Shown piece by piece: positions 1-10,500 of a stretch of 64,000 nt of DNA (the first letter of the stretch is position 1; each line of letters opens with the position of its first letter). Below the pieces are notes generated by a model. That model was not told the DNA's origin. It made no database searches and saw nothing but the letters and a program-made list of their open reading frames with translations. The DNA lies in assembly GCA_965234725.1 (NCBI GenBank), contig CBDDUX010000026.1, positions 53,223-117,222 of the forward strand. The letters run 5' to 3'. The position numbers were made by a program, and so were the translations under genes. This DNA is from Thermoplasmatota archaeon (GTDB lineage Archaea > Thermoplasmatota > Penumbrarchaeia > Penumbrarchaeales > Penumbrarchaeaceae).

Positions 1-1
1 T

Positions 2-157
2 GTTCTTCAACTGGAAATGAAGAATGAGCTGAACAGATATATCAAGGCTAACAGGGTGGAGGGAGAGGACCTTAACATTCCTTTGAGCATAATATGCCAG
101 CAGGAAGGTATTGTCAGGTTGTCAAACCTGCTCGTGGTCTACTCCCTTGATGGTTGA
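2..157 (+). CDS. 3' end of a CDS entering from the left edge (VLQLEMKNELNRYIK...LLVVYSLDG*), function unknown
   Basis: Open frame from position 2 to TGA at 155-157; converges on the next gene. Confidence 0.6.
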   Translation, partial: VLQLEMKNELNRYIKANRVEGEDLNIPLSIICQQEGIVRLSNLLVVYSLDG

Positions 158-172
158 TCGGAACAGTTTATA

Positions 173-2182
173 TCATGCCAACCTGAAATGCTCTCCACAG
201 AAGGGACATTCCCCCTTCTGTGCGACCTTTTCAGTAAGGTTCCTGTTGCATCCGGGACAGAGGTAGATGGTGACCTCTTTCTCCCCTGTGCTGAACATCT
301 CTCCGCAGTGAGGACAGACGGACGATCCAAGTTCCTCTTCTGAGAGTATCCCGCTGCAGTGCGGGCAGTGATATTCAACGGATCCTTCATCTTCCATTCT
401 TGAGAGTCTTTTTTTCTCCTCTTCCAGTTCATCCTTCATCTTCTTGAGGTTCTCCTGGGCCTTCTTGATCGATGCAGACCTCTGATCCAGGTCCTTTCTC
501 TCTGACCCAAGCCCATCCTTTGTGGAATCGAGTTCGTTCTTGTATACATCGAGGTCTCTTCTATTTGCTTCAAGCTCTAGCCTGATGTTCGAGATCTCCT
601 TCCTTTCATCCTCAAGCTTGGACCTATCGTCTTCCAGCTTCAACAATTCAGCGGAGGATTCCTCGATCTCCTTTCTGGCTGCAGCGATCTCCTCCTGTTC
701 TACCGTGAGGTTCTGTTGGAACTGTTTCAGGGATTCACCGTACTGTTTCCACTTATCGGCATCCAGTTTCAACTGTTCTTCCCAGGTTTTTAACTCTACC
801 TCTTTGCTTTCAAGTGACTTCTCCATGTCTGTCGGGTCCTTGGCTTGTTCGATGGTTCCAGGAGTAGCTTCCAGTTTCGCTTTAAGGCTCACGTTCTCCT
901 CCTGAAGCTTGACGATCATGGCCTCAAGGTTCTCGGAATTGTGCCTTACTTTGCGGAGCTCTTCTTCCAGGAGGCTTGATCTGACCAGCTCTTCCTGCTT
1001 ATCGTCTTCATTTTCGGTCTTTGCGGAATTTTCCAGCTCCTTTTTAGCCGCTTCGAACTCCTGTTGGACCTTGTTGAACTCTTCTTGTTCCTTGGTCAGG
1101 TCCTGCTGGTACTGTTTGAGGGACTCTCCATACTGTCTCCATTTTTCTGCACTTTCCTCGATCTGGGCCTCCCTCTGGGTAAGTTCCATCTCACGCTCTT
1201 CAAGGGCGGCGGTGTCAACCTTTTCCTCCTCACCACCGGTTTCCTGGGCTTGTTTCAACTGTGAGTTCTGCTCCTGAAGTTTCATCACAGCCTCCTGGAG
1301 CTTCTCAAGGGTGGCATCCTTCTTGTTGATCTCCTCTCTGAGTGACTCGATCTCTATTGATGTGGATGATCCAGGTGGAACAGATGAGGATCCCTTTTCA
1401 TCGAACTCACTTCTTTGTCTTTCGAATTCTTCTTTTACCCTGTTGAACTCTTCTTGCTGTTGGGTGAGGTCCTGATGATAGTTTTTGAGGGTCTCACCGT
1501 ATTCCTTCCATCTTGTGGCCTTTTCCTCAAGCTCGGCCTCTCTGGAAGCCAGGACGGATGCCATCTCTCTGAGTGATGCATCTTCTTCATTGCTTTCCTT
1601 GGGGTTTTCCTTTTCTTTCAACTCCCTGTTCAGTTCCTGGAGCTTTACAACTGCTTCCTGGAGTTTGATGACTGTTGCCTTTGATCCCTCAAGCTCCTCC
1701 CTCAGAGCATCTATCTCTCCGCTATCCACAGAATTATCCTTCACACCTTCTGTCCCACTTTCTGGTCCCAGGGTCTTGGACCTTTCATATTCTTCTCTTT
1801 CCTTGTTGAACTCTTCCTGCTGTTGGGTGAGGTCCTGATGATAGTTCTTGAGGGTCTCACCGTATTCCTTCCATTTCTCAGCGTTTGTTTCGACCTCTCT
1901 CTCCTTTCCCAGAAGCTCCTCCTCTCTTGAGGCCAGCTCCTTGGAAGCGGTCTGATACTGGTCTCCTGTTTCCTTGAGTTTCAGATTGTATTCCTCAAGT
2001 TCCTTCCGATAGTTCTCGAGGTCGACCCTCGCCTTCTCGATCTCCTTTTCCCTCTCGGAAAGGGATGACTTCATCTCATTGATCTCCAGTAGTCTCTCCC
2101 GCAATTTCGCCTTCATCGGATCAATGTCCGCGGCTTTATCGGTCGTTTTCTCATCATTACTGCTGGCATTTGCCTCGGGCAT
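173..2182 (-). CDS. Long coiled-coil protein with four internal repeats and a C-terminal double zinc ribbon
   Basis: E/K/Q-rich heptads; repeated KW[KR][EQ]YGE[TS]LK motif; CPHC..CPHC..CPGC..CPFC at the C-terminus. ATG 2182 follows a GGAGTGA RBS (the track starts at 2212). Confidence 0.85.
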   Translation of the reverse strand: MPEANASSNDEKTTDKAADIDPMKAKLRERLLEINEMKSSLSEREKEIEKARVDLENYRKELEEYNLKLKETGDQYQTASKELASREEELLGKEREVETNAEKWKEYGETLKNYHQDLTQQQEEFNKEREEYERSKTLGPESGTEGVKDNSVDSGEIDALREELEGSKATVIKLQEAVVKLQELNRELKEKENPKESNEEDASLREMASVLASREAELEEKATRWKEYGETLKNYHQDLTQQQEEFNRVKEEFERQRSEFDEKGSSSVPPGSSTSIEIESLREEINKKDATLEKLQEAVMKLQEQNSQLKQAQETGGEEEKVDTAALEEREMELTQREAQIEESAEKWRQYGESLKQYQQDLTKEQEEFNKVQQEFEAAKKELENSAKTENEDDKQEELVRSSLLEEELRKVRHNSENLEAMIVKLQEENVSLKAKLEATPGTIEQAKDPTDMEKSLESKEVELKTWEEQLKLDADKWKQYGESLKQFQQNLTVEQEEIAAARKEIEESSAELLKLEDDRSKLEDERKEISNIRLELEANRRDLDVYKNELDSTKDGLGSERKDLDQRSASIKKAQENLKKMKDELEEEKKRLSRMEDEGSVEYHCPHCSGILSEEELGSSVCPHCGEMFSTGEKEVTIYLCPGCNRNLTEKVAQKGECPFCGEHFRLA

Positions 2183-2253
2183 ATGATTCACTCCATTCCT
2201 TAAATTGACCAAGCCTCACTGTGCAAGGTCCTATATCTTTTTCACTTCATTTT

Positions 2254-4533
2254 CTAGGTCCCTTCCTTTTGGGAGGGTCCATCGTCAAGATCTCCATTGG
2301 AAGTTATCTCCTTTGGATCTGAATGTTTTTTCATTGTTACCTTGAATTCCTTTAATTTCTTCTGGATGCGCTCCCATTTCTCCTTGAGTGAGGCTTCTCT
2401 TTCATTCAATGAGGCCTCTTTACCCTGCAGGGAACTTTCCCAGCTCTCAAGGAAACCCTTCTGACCATCCAGCTGTTCCTTTCTACCTTCAATTTCAATA
2501 TTTGAGGCCTCAAGGAGCTTCTTGTATTCCTCGAGTCTTTTGGAATAATCCTCCCAATCCTTCTTGACCTTTTCAAGCTCAGCGGCTTTTTCAACAATCT
2601 TGTTCTCTTTAAGAACAAGTTCCTCCTTGAAGGTATCCGATTCCTGTTTTTCAGAGGCTAAATTTGCCCTGGTCGAATCAAGTTTGGAACTTTGCTCAGC
2701 TAAGTCCTTCTCAGCTGATGCGATCTCTTTCTCCCTTTTGTCAAGGTTCTCTTCTTTGGGCCTGATGACATTTTCCCTCTCCTCCAGTTCCCTTCCCTTC
2801 TCCTCCAGTTCCCCTGATCTCTCCTCTGCCTTTTCCTTTATTGATGTCAATTCAGTGGAAAGTTTTTCCAAAGATGAGGTCTGCTCATTGAGCTCGATCT
2901 CCTTTTTTTCCGCATTCTCTTCTCTTTTCTTCATAACAAGGTCCAAACGGTCCAATTCTTTTTTCCGCTTGGAAAGATCCTTTTCTCTCTCGGATATTCC
3001 ATTTTCCCTCTCATCAAGTTCTGCAGAATGGTCCACAAGTGACCTTTCGGTCTCCTCGATCTCCTGGGTCCTTTTTTCAAGGTCCTCCTCTTTTTCTTTA
3101 ATGATCACCAAATTATCTCTGATACTGGACCGATCCTCTTCGAGTTTCTCTTCGATTTCCTTGATACGTTGTTCCTTCTCTGAGAATTTAACCACCCTTT
3201 TTCCAAGGTCCGCTTCCGCAGCAGCGAGATCGTTCACATTCTGCTTCTGTTTCTCATCTCTCAAATCAAGTTCGTTTGAACGGTTCTGTAATGAATCCTC
3301 TCTATTCTTGATATCATTTTGAAGTGCCTTCAACTCTTCTTCCTTTTTCTCAAGGGAAGAAAAGATCTCATCCAATTCCCTGGACCTTGTATCAAGGGCT
3401 GCGCTTCGGGAATCTACATCCTCCAGCTTCTTCCTCCATTCTCTCCTCTCTGCCACTATGTGCTCTTTTTCGATCCTTGCTGAACCGATCAATGAATCGA
3501 GTTCCTCTTCCTTTCCCTTGAGGACCGATGTCAATTCCTCATTCTGTTCGAGGTTCTTCTTCGAGATGTTGAGTTCTATTTCCTTTTCGTTCAGGGATGC
3601 CTGTCTTTCATTCAGATCATTCTCCCTCTCATCCAGGTTCCTGAACCGATCGAGTATGTCCTTTGATCCCTCTCTTTTCCTTTCGAGTTCCTCTGAATCA
3701 TGGGAGATCTCAAGAGCCTTTTCCTCAAGTTCTCCTCTGTATCTCTCAAGTTCCTCTCTGAACTTGAGATTTGATTCCCTGTCCTCTTCCATCTCTTTTT
3801 TAAGAGTGTTGACCTTTTCTCTCTCTTCATCCATTTCGGCGTTGAGCCTCCGGATCTCATCTTCCTTTTCCTCCAGAAGGTCCGCGGCCTGGTGATCGTT
3901 CATGGAAGTCCCAGAGACCATTTTCAGTTCTTTGGAAAGCTCCTGGTTCTTGGTATTGAGGTCGGAGATTATCTCTGCCTGGTTTTCGATCCTCAGTTTT
4001 AGTTCGTTCAATTCCTTGATATGCCTCTGGTGGATCTCCTCTGAGCCATCTGTTTTGCTGGTTGAAGTTGCTTCCCTTGCTTCCTTGAGGTCACTCTGGA
4101 GCTCTATCATCTTCTTTTTAAGGTTCTCGTTTTCTTCCATCAATTTATTAAATGAGGCAGGGTCGACCTCCATTTCCTTGATCTGGTTCTGTTTCTTTAT
4201 GATCGATCGAAGCTGTCTGTTTATTGATCCATAGATCTTGATCTCCTCATCCCTGTCCTTCCCATCATTTAGCTCTTTCAGGTCTTCTTCCTTGGATCGA
4301 AGGTCTTGAGATATGGCATCAAGTAGTGCAAGTGTCTCTTTGTCATCAGAACCTTTCTCAACGGAACGCTTCCTTGCATCCCCTTCCAATACGCTGGAAT
4401 CAGGCATGACAGTGAATATACCCTGGCATTTCATGCAGCTATATGCCTTGGGACCCGTGGATACTTCTGCCCAGAGCTTTGACTTGCAGAAGGGGCAGGT
4501 GAAGATCTTTCTGTTCGAACCTTTAATATCCAA
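2254..4533 (-). CDS. Long coiled-coil protein with an N-terminal zinc ribbon
   Basis: CPFC...CMKC at the N-terminus, then ~650 aa of E/K-rich heptads; no Walker motifs. Confidence 0.85.
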   Translation of the reverse strand: MDIKGSNRKIFTCPFCKSKLWAEVSTGPKAYSCMKCQGIFTVMPDSSVLEGDARKRSVEKGSDDKETLALLDAISQDLRSKEEDLKELNDGKDRDEEIKIYGSINRQLRSIIKKQNQIKEMEVDPASFNKLMEENENLKKKMIELQSDLKEAREATSTSKTDGSEEIHQRHIKELNELKLRIENQAEIISDLNTKNQELSKELKMVSGTSMNDHQAADLLEEKEDEIRRLNAEMDEEREKVNTLKKEMEEDRESNLKFREELERYRGELEEKALEISHDSEELERKREGSKDILDRFRNLDERENDLNERQASLNEKEIELNISKKNLEQNEELTSVLKGKEEELDSLIGSARIEKEHIVAERREWRKKLEDVDSRSAALDTRSRELDEIFSSLEKKEEELKALQNDIKNREDSLQNRSNELDLRDEKQKQNVNDLAAAEADLGKRVVKFSEKEQRIKEIEEKLEEDRSSIRDNLVIIKEKEEDLEKRTQEIEETERSLVDHSAELDERENGISEREKDLSKRKKELDRLDLVMKKREENAEKKEIELNEQTSSLEKLSTELTSIKEKAEERSGELEEKGRELEERENVIRPKEENLDKREKEIASAEKDLAEQSSKLDSTRANLASEKQESDTFKEELVLKENKIVEKAAELEKVKKDWEDYSKRLEEYKKLLEASNIEIEGRKEQLDGQKGFLESWESSLQGKEASLNEREASLKEKWERIQKKLKEFKVTMKKHSDPKEITSNGDLDDGPSQKEGT

Positions 4534-4926
4534 TCACATCACCACACGAACATAATGATCCAGGGACCTTTCCCCCATATGTAGGATATATTTTAATACG
4601 TTTTGTTGGATAATGCCAAATTCGATCGAACATCCATTGATTTATTGAATTAGAAGGTGACGATGATCGATGGATCGATCGTTCCTTCGGATATTTTTTT
4701 CGGGCTTTTGGTGACTTGTCTGATGATATACCAGAAACTTAATGAATGTTTACAAGTGTGGCCAATCCTAGGCATATCGAAAAGCAAGTTACTACCCATG
4801 TCCCTTCATATGATCCGGACTGGGAGTGGATCGAGACTTATAGTATAGACATGAAATGGTGGTGGGATCGTGCCGATCCCCTGGGCAGGGATCAACTCTT
4901 TCTAAAAACAGCATGAAGGCTAAAGA

Positions 4927-5253
4927 ATGATCGTGTCTAAGAAACTGAAATGGAATCCGAACAAATGGAAGGAAAAACCCAGGTATGAGCTGGACCTCTC
5001 TATAAACAAGAGACGTATTCACATTTTTTACCATCACTCAGAGATCTCCGAGGGGAGATTGATCAACGATATTGAAGAAAGGAGCGGTCAAGAGGTAGTT
5101 GTCTATATACCGGAAATGCCCAAAATTGGAGAGGATATCACCTTCTATCTATGTATAATAGGATATCTACCCAATTACTCAAAACTCTGTCCTCCGGAAT
5201 CTGGGTGCTGTCCCCATTGCGGAGAAAGAATATCGGGATACAGTGAGGCATAA
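4927..5253 (+). CDS. Hypothetical protein with a C-terminal CPHC cysteine cluster
   Basis: 108-aa ORF ending LCPPESGCCPHCGERI. Confidence 0.5.
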   Translation: MIVSKKLKWNPNKWKEKPRYELDLSINKRRIHIFYHHSEISEGRLINDIEERSGQEVVVYIPEMPKIGEDITFYLCIIGYLPNYSKLCPPESGCCPHCGERISGYSEA

Positions 5254-5371
5254 TATCTCCTTCAAGTAGATCCGGATCAATTTCCAGATCATAACCTCTT
5301 TTTAAAAATGATCGGATAATTCACAGGATTATAGTTTGTGACATAAACTTTTTAAACACATCCAGGATTAG

Positions 5372-7483
5372 ATGACTATGATCAACCAGGGAACCCTGGG
5401 CCCAACACCTCAGGCACGCCGAGCTTTCGTGGCATTGGGTTTATGCCTGGTATTCTTCCTTTCGGTCCTTTTACCAACCGGAAATGTGATGGGAATGGGA
5501 TCCCGTGCTCTGGTAACCTACATCGGATCGATCGAAGGGGACGGAGATGATGGAGAGACGGTCCTTGCAGGTTATCGATGGTATACCTGTAATTTCACAT
5601 TCATAGACTGGATCGAGGGAATTGACTCTTCCCTGGTCACAATTGAGAGGGGAGAGGGAGAGGATGAGGAGCTTTTCCATTTCGATCCGGAGGGATCCAA
5701 TCTTACATTTTTGGAGACCTCAAAGACTATCGATGTAAAGGACCCGATGATCGTACTTCAGAACGGTAGGAACCTAACCCTCACCTTCAAGATCTGGATC
5801 CACTTGAACTGGACATTTCAGACACAGGTGACATTGAAACCGCGCATATGGAGCAATGGTTCTGAGGTCGGCCTCGATTCACCCCAGTTACTGAGGTTTG
5901 ATATCTATGGATATCTTCAGCCTGTCAGAGACCTGATAAGGGTGGTAGACCACTTAGGAAATGATATCCGGACAGGAGAAGCGGTCCTTTCAAACTCCAC
6001 CATATCATTAACCGGACTCAATTTCGAATATGATGATAACTCAGAGAGATTCTCCGGGCTCAGGCCGGACCCTGAAAGGGTCCATCCGCAAGTGGAATAT
6101 GGGACCATGTCCACGAACGCTACCTTCATGACAAACGGATTTCAGGCAGAGATCATGGTTCCGGACCTTGAAAGCGGAAACCTGATGCTATCCATAGACA
6201 TTCCGGGTGTGAGGAGTGAATGGAAACTCGCCCTCTCGGCATGGTCCTTCTCTCTTGACATCGACGGGATAGGACCGAAGATAGAGATCACCAAACCAGC
6301 CCCTGGAAAGACACAATCCGATAAGGAATTCGTATGGAACATCACGGTGACCGACCGACCCGTTACAGCTGGTGTTTATGTAAACGGTTCAACTGTCAGA
6401 TATCGGGTCTGGACCATAGAATCGAACTGGTCACAGTGGTACGATATTCCTTCCTCAACTGATGCAAGGTCCATCTTCTTTTCCGGTTCTGCTACAGGTA
6501 TTCCAGGGACCGGGACCACAATGATCCAATTTATGGCCGAGGATGTTCTTGGCAATGTCAATATCACAGAACCATACCCTGTGAAGATAAACAAGGCCCC
6601 TTCCCTGAACATCTCAGAGGTCATAATAGGCCTGGAATTGCCCAATAATAGTTCATTGGAGTTAGACGGATCGGACTATGTCAGCGATCCGGACGGGGAT
6701 GCCATATTCTACAAATGGTATCTTGATGATTCCGAACCACTCTCCACCCTTGCAAATTTCAGAAAACCCCTATTTGATGTGGAACCCGGTGTCCATACCA
6801 TCAAACTGGAGATAAGTGATGGCCACGAAGAGGTCTCACAGTCCTTTACATTCAATGTCACCAAGGCTAAGGACCGAGATGAGGGAAAAACCTGGTTCGA
6901 GGAGTTGATGGAAGATGAGAACCTTTTCTGGTATCTTCTTCCCATCGCCCTTATTGCTATATTGATACCTCTCATCGTACTCATCCTTTTCATATCAAGG
7001 AAGGCCAGGGAAAGGAGGGGGGACGATTTCATCATCGATGAGGATAGGGCCATGGACATGTCCCAGGCAGAGGAGACGGCAAAGCGGATATTGGATAATA
7101 TGACCGCCAGGGAATCCGTTGATTTTCAGACATCCTCCTATGCTGTTACCATAGATGAGGGATTCGATTTCGATTATGATCTCTATGAGGTCCTTGGCCT
7201 TGAATCGAACGCAACTGAAACTGAGATCAAGAAGAAATACCGCAAATTGGCGGCATTCTATCATCCCGACATGGTCGCACAGCACGGGGAGGTGTCCGGG
7301 GAGGATTCCGCCGAGGAGATGATGAGGATAAACAAGGCAAAGGAGGTCCTTCTTAATCCAGAAAGGAGGGTTATCTATGACTCCTACATCAATGACTTGG
7401 ATTTCTCCATGGATATCGGGGACATGGGGGACATGGGGGATATGGGGGATGACGATCCCGACTTCGATGATGAATGGACTTGA
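5372..7483 (+). CDS. Type I membrane protein: signal peptide, extracellular beta-rich/Ig/PKD-like domains, TM helix, C-terminal J (DnaJ) domain
   Basis: Hydrophobic N-terminus; TM segment LFWYLLPIALIAILIPLIVLILFI followed by RKARERR; J-domain DLYEVLGL...KKKYRKLAAFYHPD...INKAKEVL..PERR..YD. Confidence 0.9.
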   Translation: MTMINQGTLGPTPQARRAFVALGLCLVFFLSVLLPTGNVMGMGSRALVTYIGSIEGDGDDGETVLAGYRWYTCNFTFIDWIEGIDSSLVTIERGEGEDEELFHFDPEGSNLTFLETSKTIDVKDPMIVLQNGRNLTLTFKIWIHLNWTFQTQVTLKPRIWSNGSEVGLDSPQLLRFDIYGYLQPVRDLIRVVDHLGNDIRTGEAVLSNSTISLTGLNFEYDDNSERFSGLRPDPERVHPQVEYGTMSTNATFMTNGFQAEIMVPDLESGNLMLSIDIPGVRSEWKLALSAWSFSLDIDGIGPKIEITKPAPGKTQSDKEFVWNITVTDRPVTAGVYVNGSTVRYRVWTIESNWSQWYDIPSSTDARSIFFSGSATGIPGTGTTMIQFMAEDVLGNVNITEPYPVKINKAPSLNISEVIIGLELPNNSSLELDGSDYVSDPDGDAIFYKWYLDDSEPLSTLANFRKPLFDVEPGVHTIKLEISDGHEEVSQSFTFNVTKAKDRDEGKTWFEELMEDENLFWYLLPIALIAILIPLIVLILFISRKARERRGDDFIIDEDRAMDMSQAEETAKRILDNMTARESVDFQTSSYAVTIDEGFDFDYDLYEVLGLESNATETEIKKKYRKLAAFYHPDMVAQHGEVSGEDSAEEMMRINKAKEVLLNPERRVIYDSYINDLDFSMDIGDMGDMGDMGDDDPDFDDEWT
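7418..7453 (+). repeat. 9-bp tandem repeat encoding (GDM)3-GDD in the acidic tail of the J-domain protein
   Basis: ggggacatg ggggacatg ggggatatg ggggatgac. Confidence 0.8.
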
Positions 7484-7559
7484 TGGTAATCTGAGGGTAA
7501 TTACCCCTTGTCCCTTTATATAAAAGATCGGAACCTAAACAGTTCAAGGAGTTGATGAT

Positions 7560-10500
7560 TTGAAGAGATTATCGTCCGTTTGGAAGAACAACGGATCGAA
7601 GGATAGGTTTTTAGCGGTATCCGAAGCCGTTGGAACGGTCCTCCTTCTTGGCATATCCATCACGCTAGCAGGCGGTATTGCGGTATGGACCTCCAATATT
7701 GAAGAAGGTGAAGAAGGTATCTATGTCGATCTTTGGGCAAATGTTCAGGGAAACGACCTGGTTATTGTCCACAGAGGTGGGGATCACCTTGACGGAGTGA
7801 ATACAAAGATAATGATCACAGATTCATCGAGATACAGTGTTATAGAAAATACTTACACTGTCATGTCAGGAACGAACGATGATACCTGGTCTCCTGGAGA
7901 GGAGTTGGTTATCGATATAACAAATCCTTCTGTTACAGATACGTTCAAAATAATAGTTACAACCACCAGAGATAATGGTGAAGCTGTTGTTATTTTCAAC
8001 AATGAATTGCAGAGGTCTAATTCCAATACCGGTCTCCCTGACCTTGCGATCACAATGATAAATCTGAGAGACTCAGAAGATAATATCGTAACCACTATTC
8101 TGGACAATGGAGCATACGTCATCCAGATAAGGGTTTCGAATTTCGGATCTGATATGACGACCGTCCATCATTCGGATCTTGGAAATGGTGCTATATCAAA
8201 TCTCAAGATATTTGACTCGAATGAACCCATAGATATGGCCTCGGTCACTTACAGTCATTATACAACCGGAGATGTAGAGGTCTTTGGTCCTGACGACCTG
8301 GGGAAAATGAAGAATGGAGATTACATGGTATTTGATTTCATTTGGCAGGTCTCCGGCAGCATTCCAAGATCACTTGGTCTCCATAGATTCAATGTGAAGG
8401 TCATTCCTGTTTATACTGGAGAGCTGAATTACAGGAACAATTACATCGAGAAGAAATTCAATGTTGATAAGGAACTGACACCTCTCGATATCCATGGTCC
8501 GGACCCAGGTATCTACGATATTCTTTTCTCGAACGAAGCTCCAAACAGTGGTGAGGAGGTTACTGTTACAGTGATCATCCAGAATTCCGGTGATGAAGGG
8601 ATCGAGATCACGCATGGAGTTAATTTGATAGTCACAACTTGGGAACCGGAAAGGTACCATGACTCTTATGATGAAAGTGAGATCCATGATTGGAAGATGG
8701 ATTATGAAGGATACTATGGCATGTGGAGGAGTGAATACAGTGAGGTGATCCCTGTAACCGAGGATGACACATTCCCTACCTGTGTCAGAACAAACATCGA
8801 ACTTCTCCCCGGAGCGTATCTATTCTTCTATTTCACCCTGGAAGCAAGGGTTGACGTCCCTGGAGGTGAACAGTGGGTTTTCGCAGCGATCGATGCCTTC
8901 AATGATAATTCTCAACCCCAGGGGATCGGATATTATCCAGGAGGAGATGATCCAGGCGACAATATGAGGCTCGGAAAGATCCAGGTCCTTCCGAGGATCC
9001 TGGTGGTCGATGATGACGGATCTCCAACAGGAACCGAGGGTGACATGACATCAACAGTTCTTGAAGCTCTCATAGGAGCTGGTGTGACAGTGGACAAGGT
9101 TTTCACTTCCCAGGAGGTAAGCGATCATTCTGATACCAGGGATGCACCGGCTTTCTCCTACAATCAAGCGGAGATATCCGCACCTGCAATGGAAGATTAT
9201 GATATTGTTATGTGGGTGACCGGATTCGAGACGGATCCTCTTACCAATGTTCCAAACGATCCTGTGAAGGATATTGGAGGAAATATCCAGGAGATAATGA
9301 AATATCTTGATTCAAACAGATATTTCCTCTTGGTTGGCACTGATCCTTTCAACGGATTGATGTCCTACTTCAATTCAAAGTCCACAACAGATCGTATTGT
9401 GGAAGACGACCCGAGCTTGGATGCCACTGCCTTCCTCTACAAATACATGGGGATACAGCAGGTTACAACAGATGTTAACATTTCTGCAGGTGATCCCCCA
9501 ACGTTACATGGAATGGACATATTCGTGGACCTTCAATTATCATCACTTGAAGGGGACCTGATAATCACACATAAGTCCGGAGATGATATCAGTGGCACTA
9601 ATACAAATATTGTGATCTACGATCAGTTTGCGACACCTGTGATATCAGGTTCATATTCAGATTTTTCAGGTACCTTTGGAGAGGATTGGTCATCAGGGAC
9701 CGAAGTAAGCATCGATCTGTCAACTTTGACACTTTCCGACACCTATGATATTGTCATCACGACCCCGAGGGACCTGGGAAGTACCATGATAGTACACAAG
9801 AACGAGTTCACAATGTCCGATGAGATCGGAGAAAATCCTTCGATAAAATATGGTGATATTTACCCGGGAGGTATATCAAGCAGGGATGAGACAATTGAAC
9901 TCCTCACCCAGACTCCAGGAAATGGATTGATGAACCTCTTTGTAATAAGGAGTAGCTATGAGGAGAATCTCTTCGAGATACCTGTGGGAACATTAACGAA
10001 CTCGGATGAAGTTGTCAAGGCAGATCCAAGTTTCAATTCGATAAGGTCCTTTGGTACACCTGATGAAGACCTATTCGATGCTGCATACCGATCGGTCGTG
10101 CTTGGCTGGGACATTACCCAGATAAAGTATCTCAACGAGAAAGTCGACCTTTTCTCTGATATACTCAAGTGGTTCGACTGGGAGGTGGAGGTTGGAAGGG
10201 ACCTTGCTGTTACAAGGATGAACCTTTATATCATCTCAGAGGATGAAGAGGGAAATTGGTTCAACGATCCTGTGGACGAGGATAATGCTCCCAAGTACCT
10301 GGACACTGTTCTTATTGAAGCATATGTGAGGAACAACGGACCCAATCTGGAAAGTTCTTCAGTAATGTTCTATGTCACAGGTCCAGATGGTTTGGAGCTT
10401 CCGATAACACCGAACATTCCAGATCCCAGAGATGACCTCGAGCCCGAATATTATGATAATCCATATGACATGAACGGTCTTTCAGGAGGGGGGGCCGAGG

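Noticed and set aside
173-4533. SMC/Rad50 assignment
   Set aside because: No Walker A/B, signature or hinge motifs
139-4555. Ser/Phe/Leu-rich + strand ORFs and short alternate-frame ORFs over the coiled-coil genes
   Set aside because: Antisense or frame shadows of E/K-rich coding sequence
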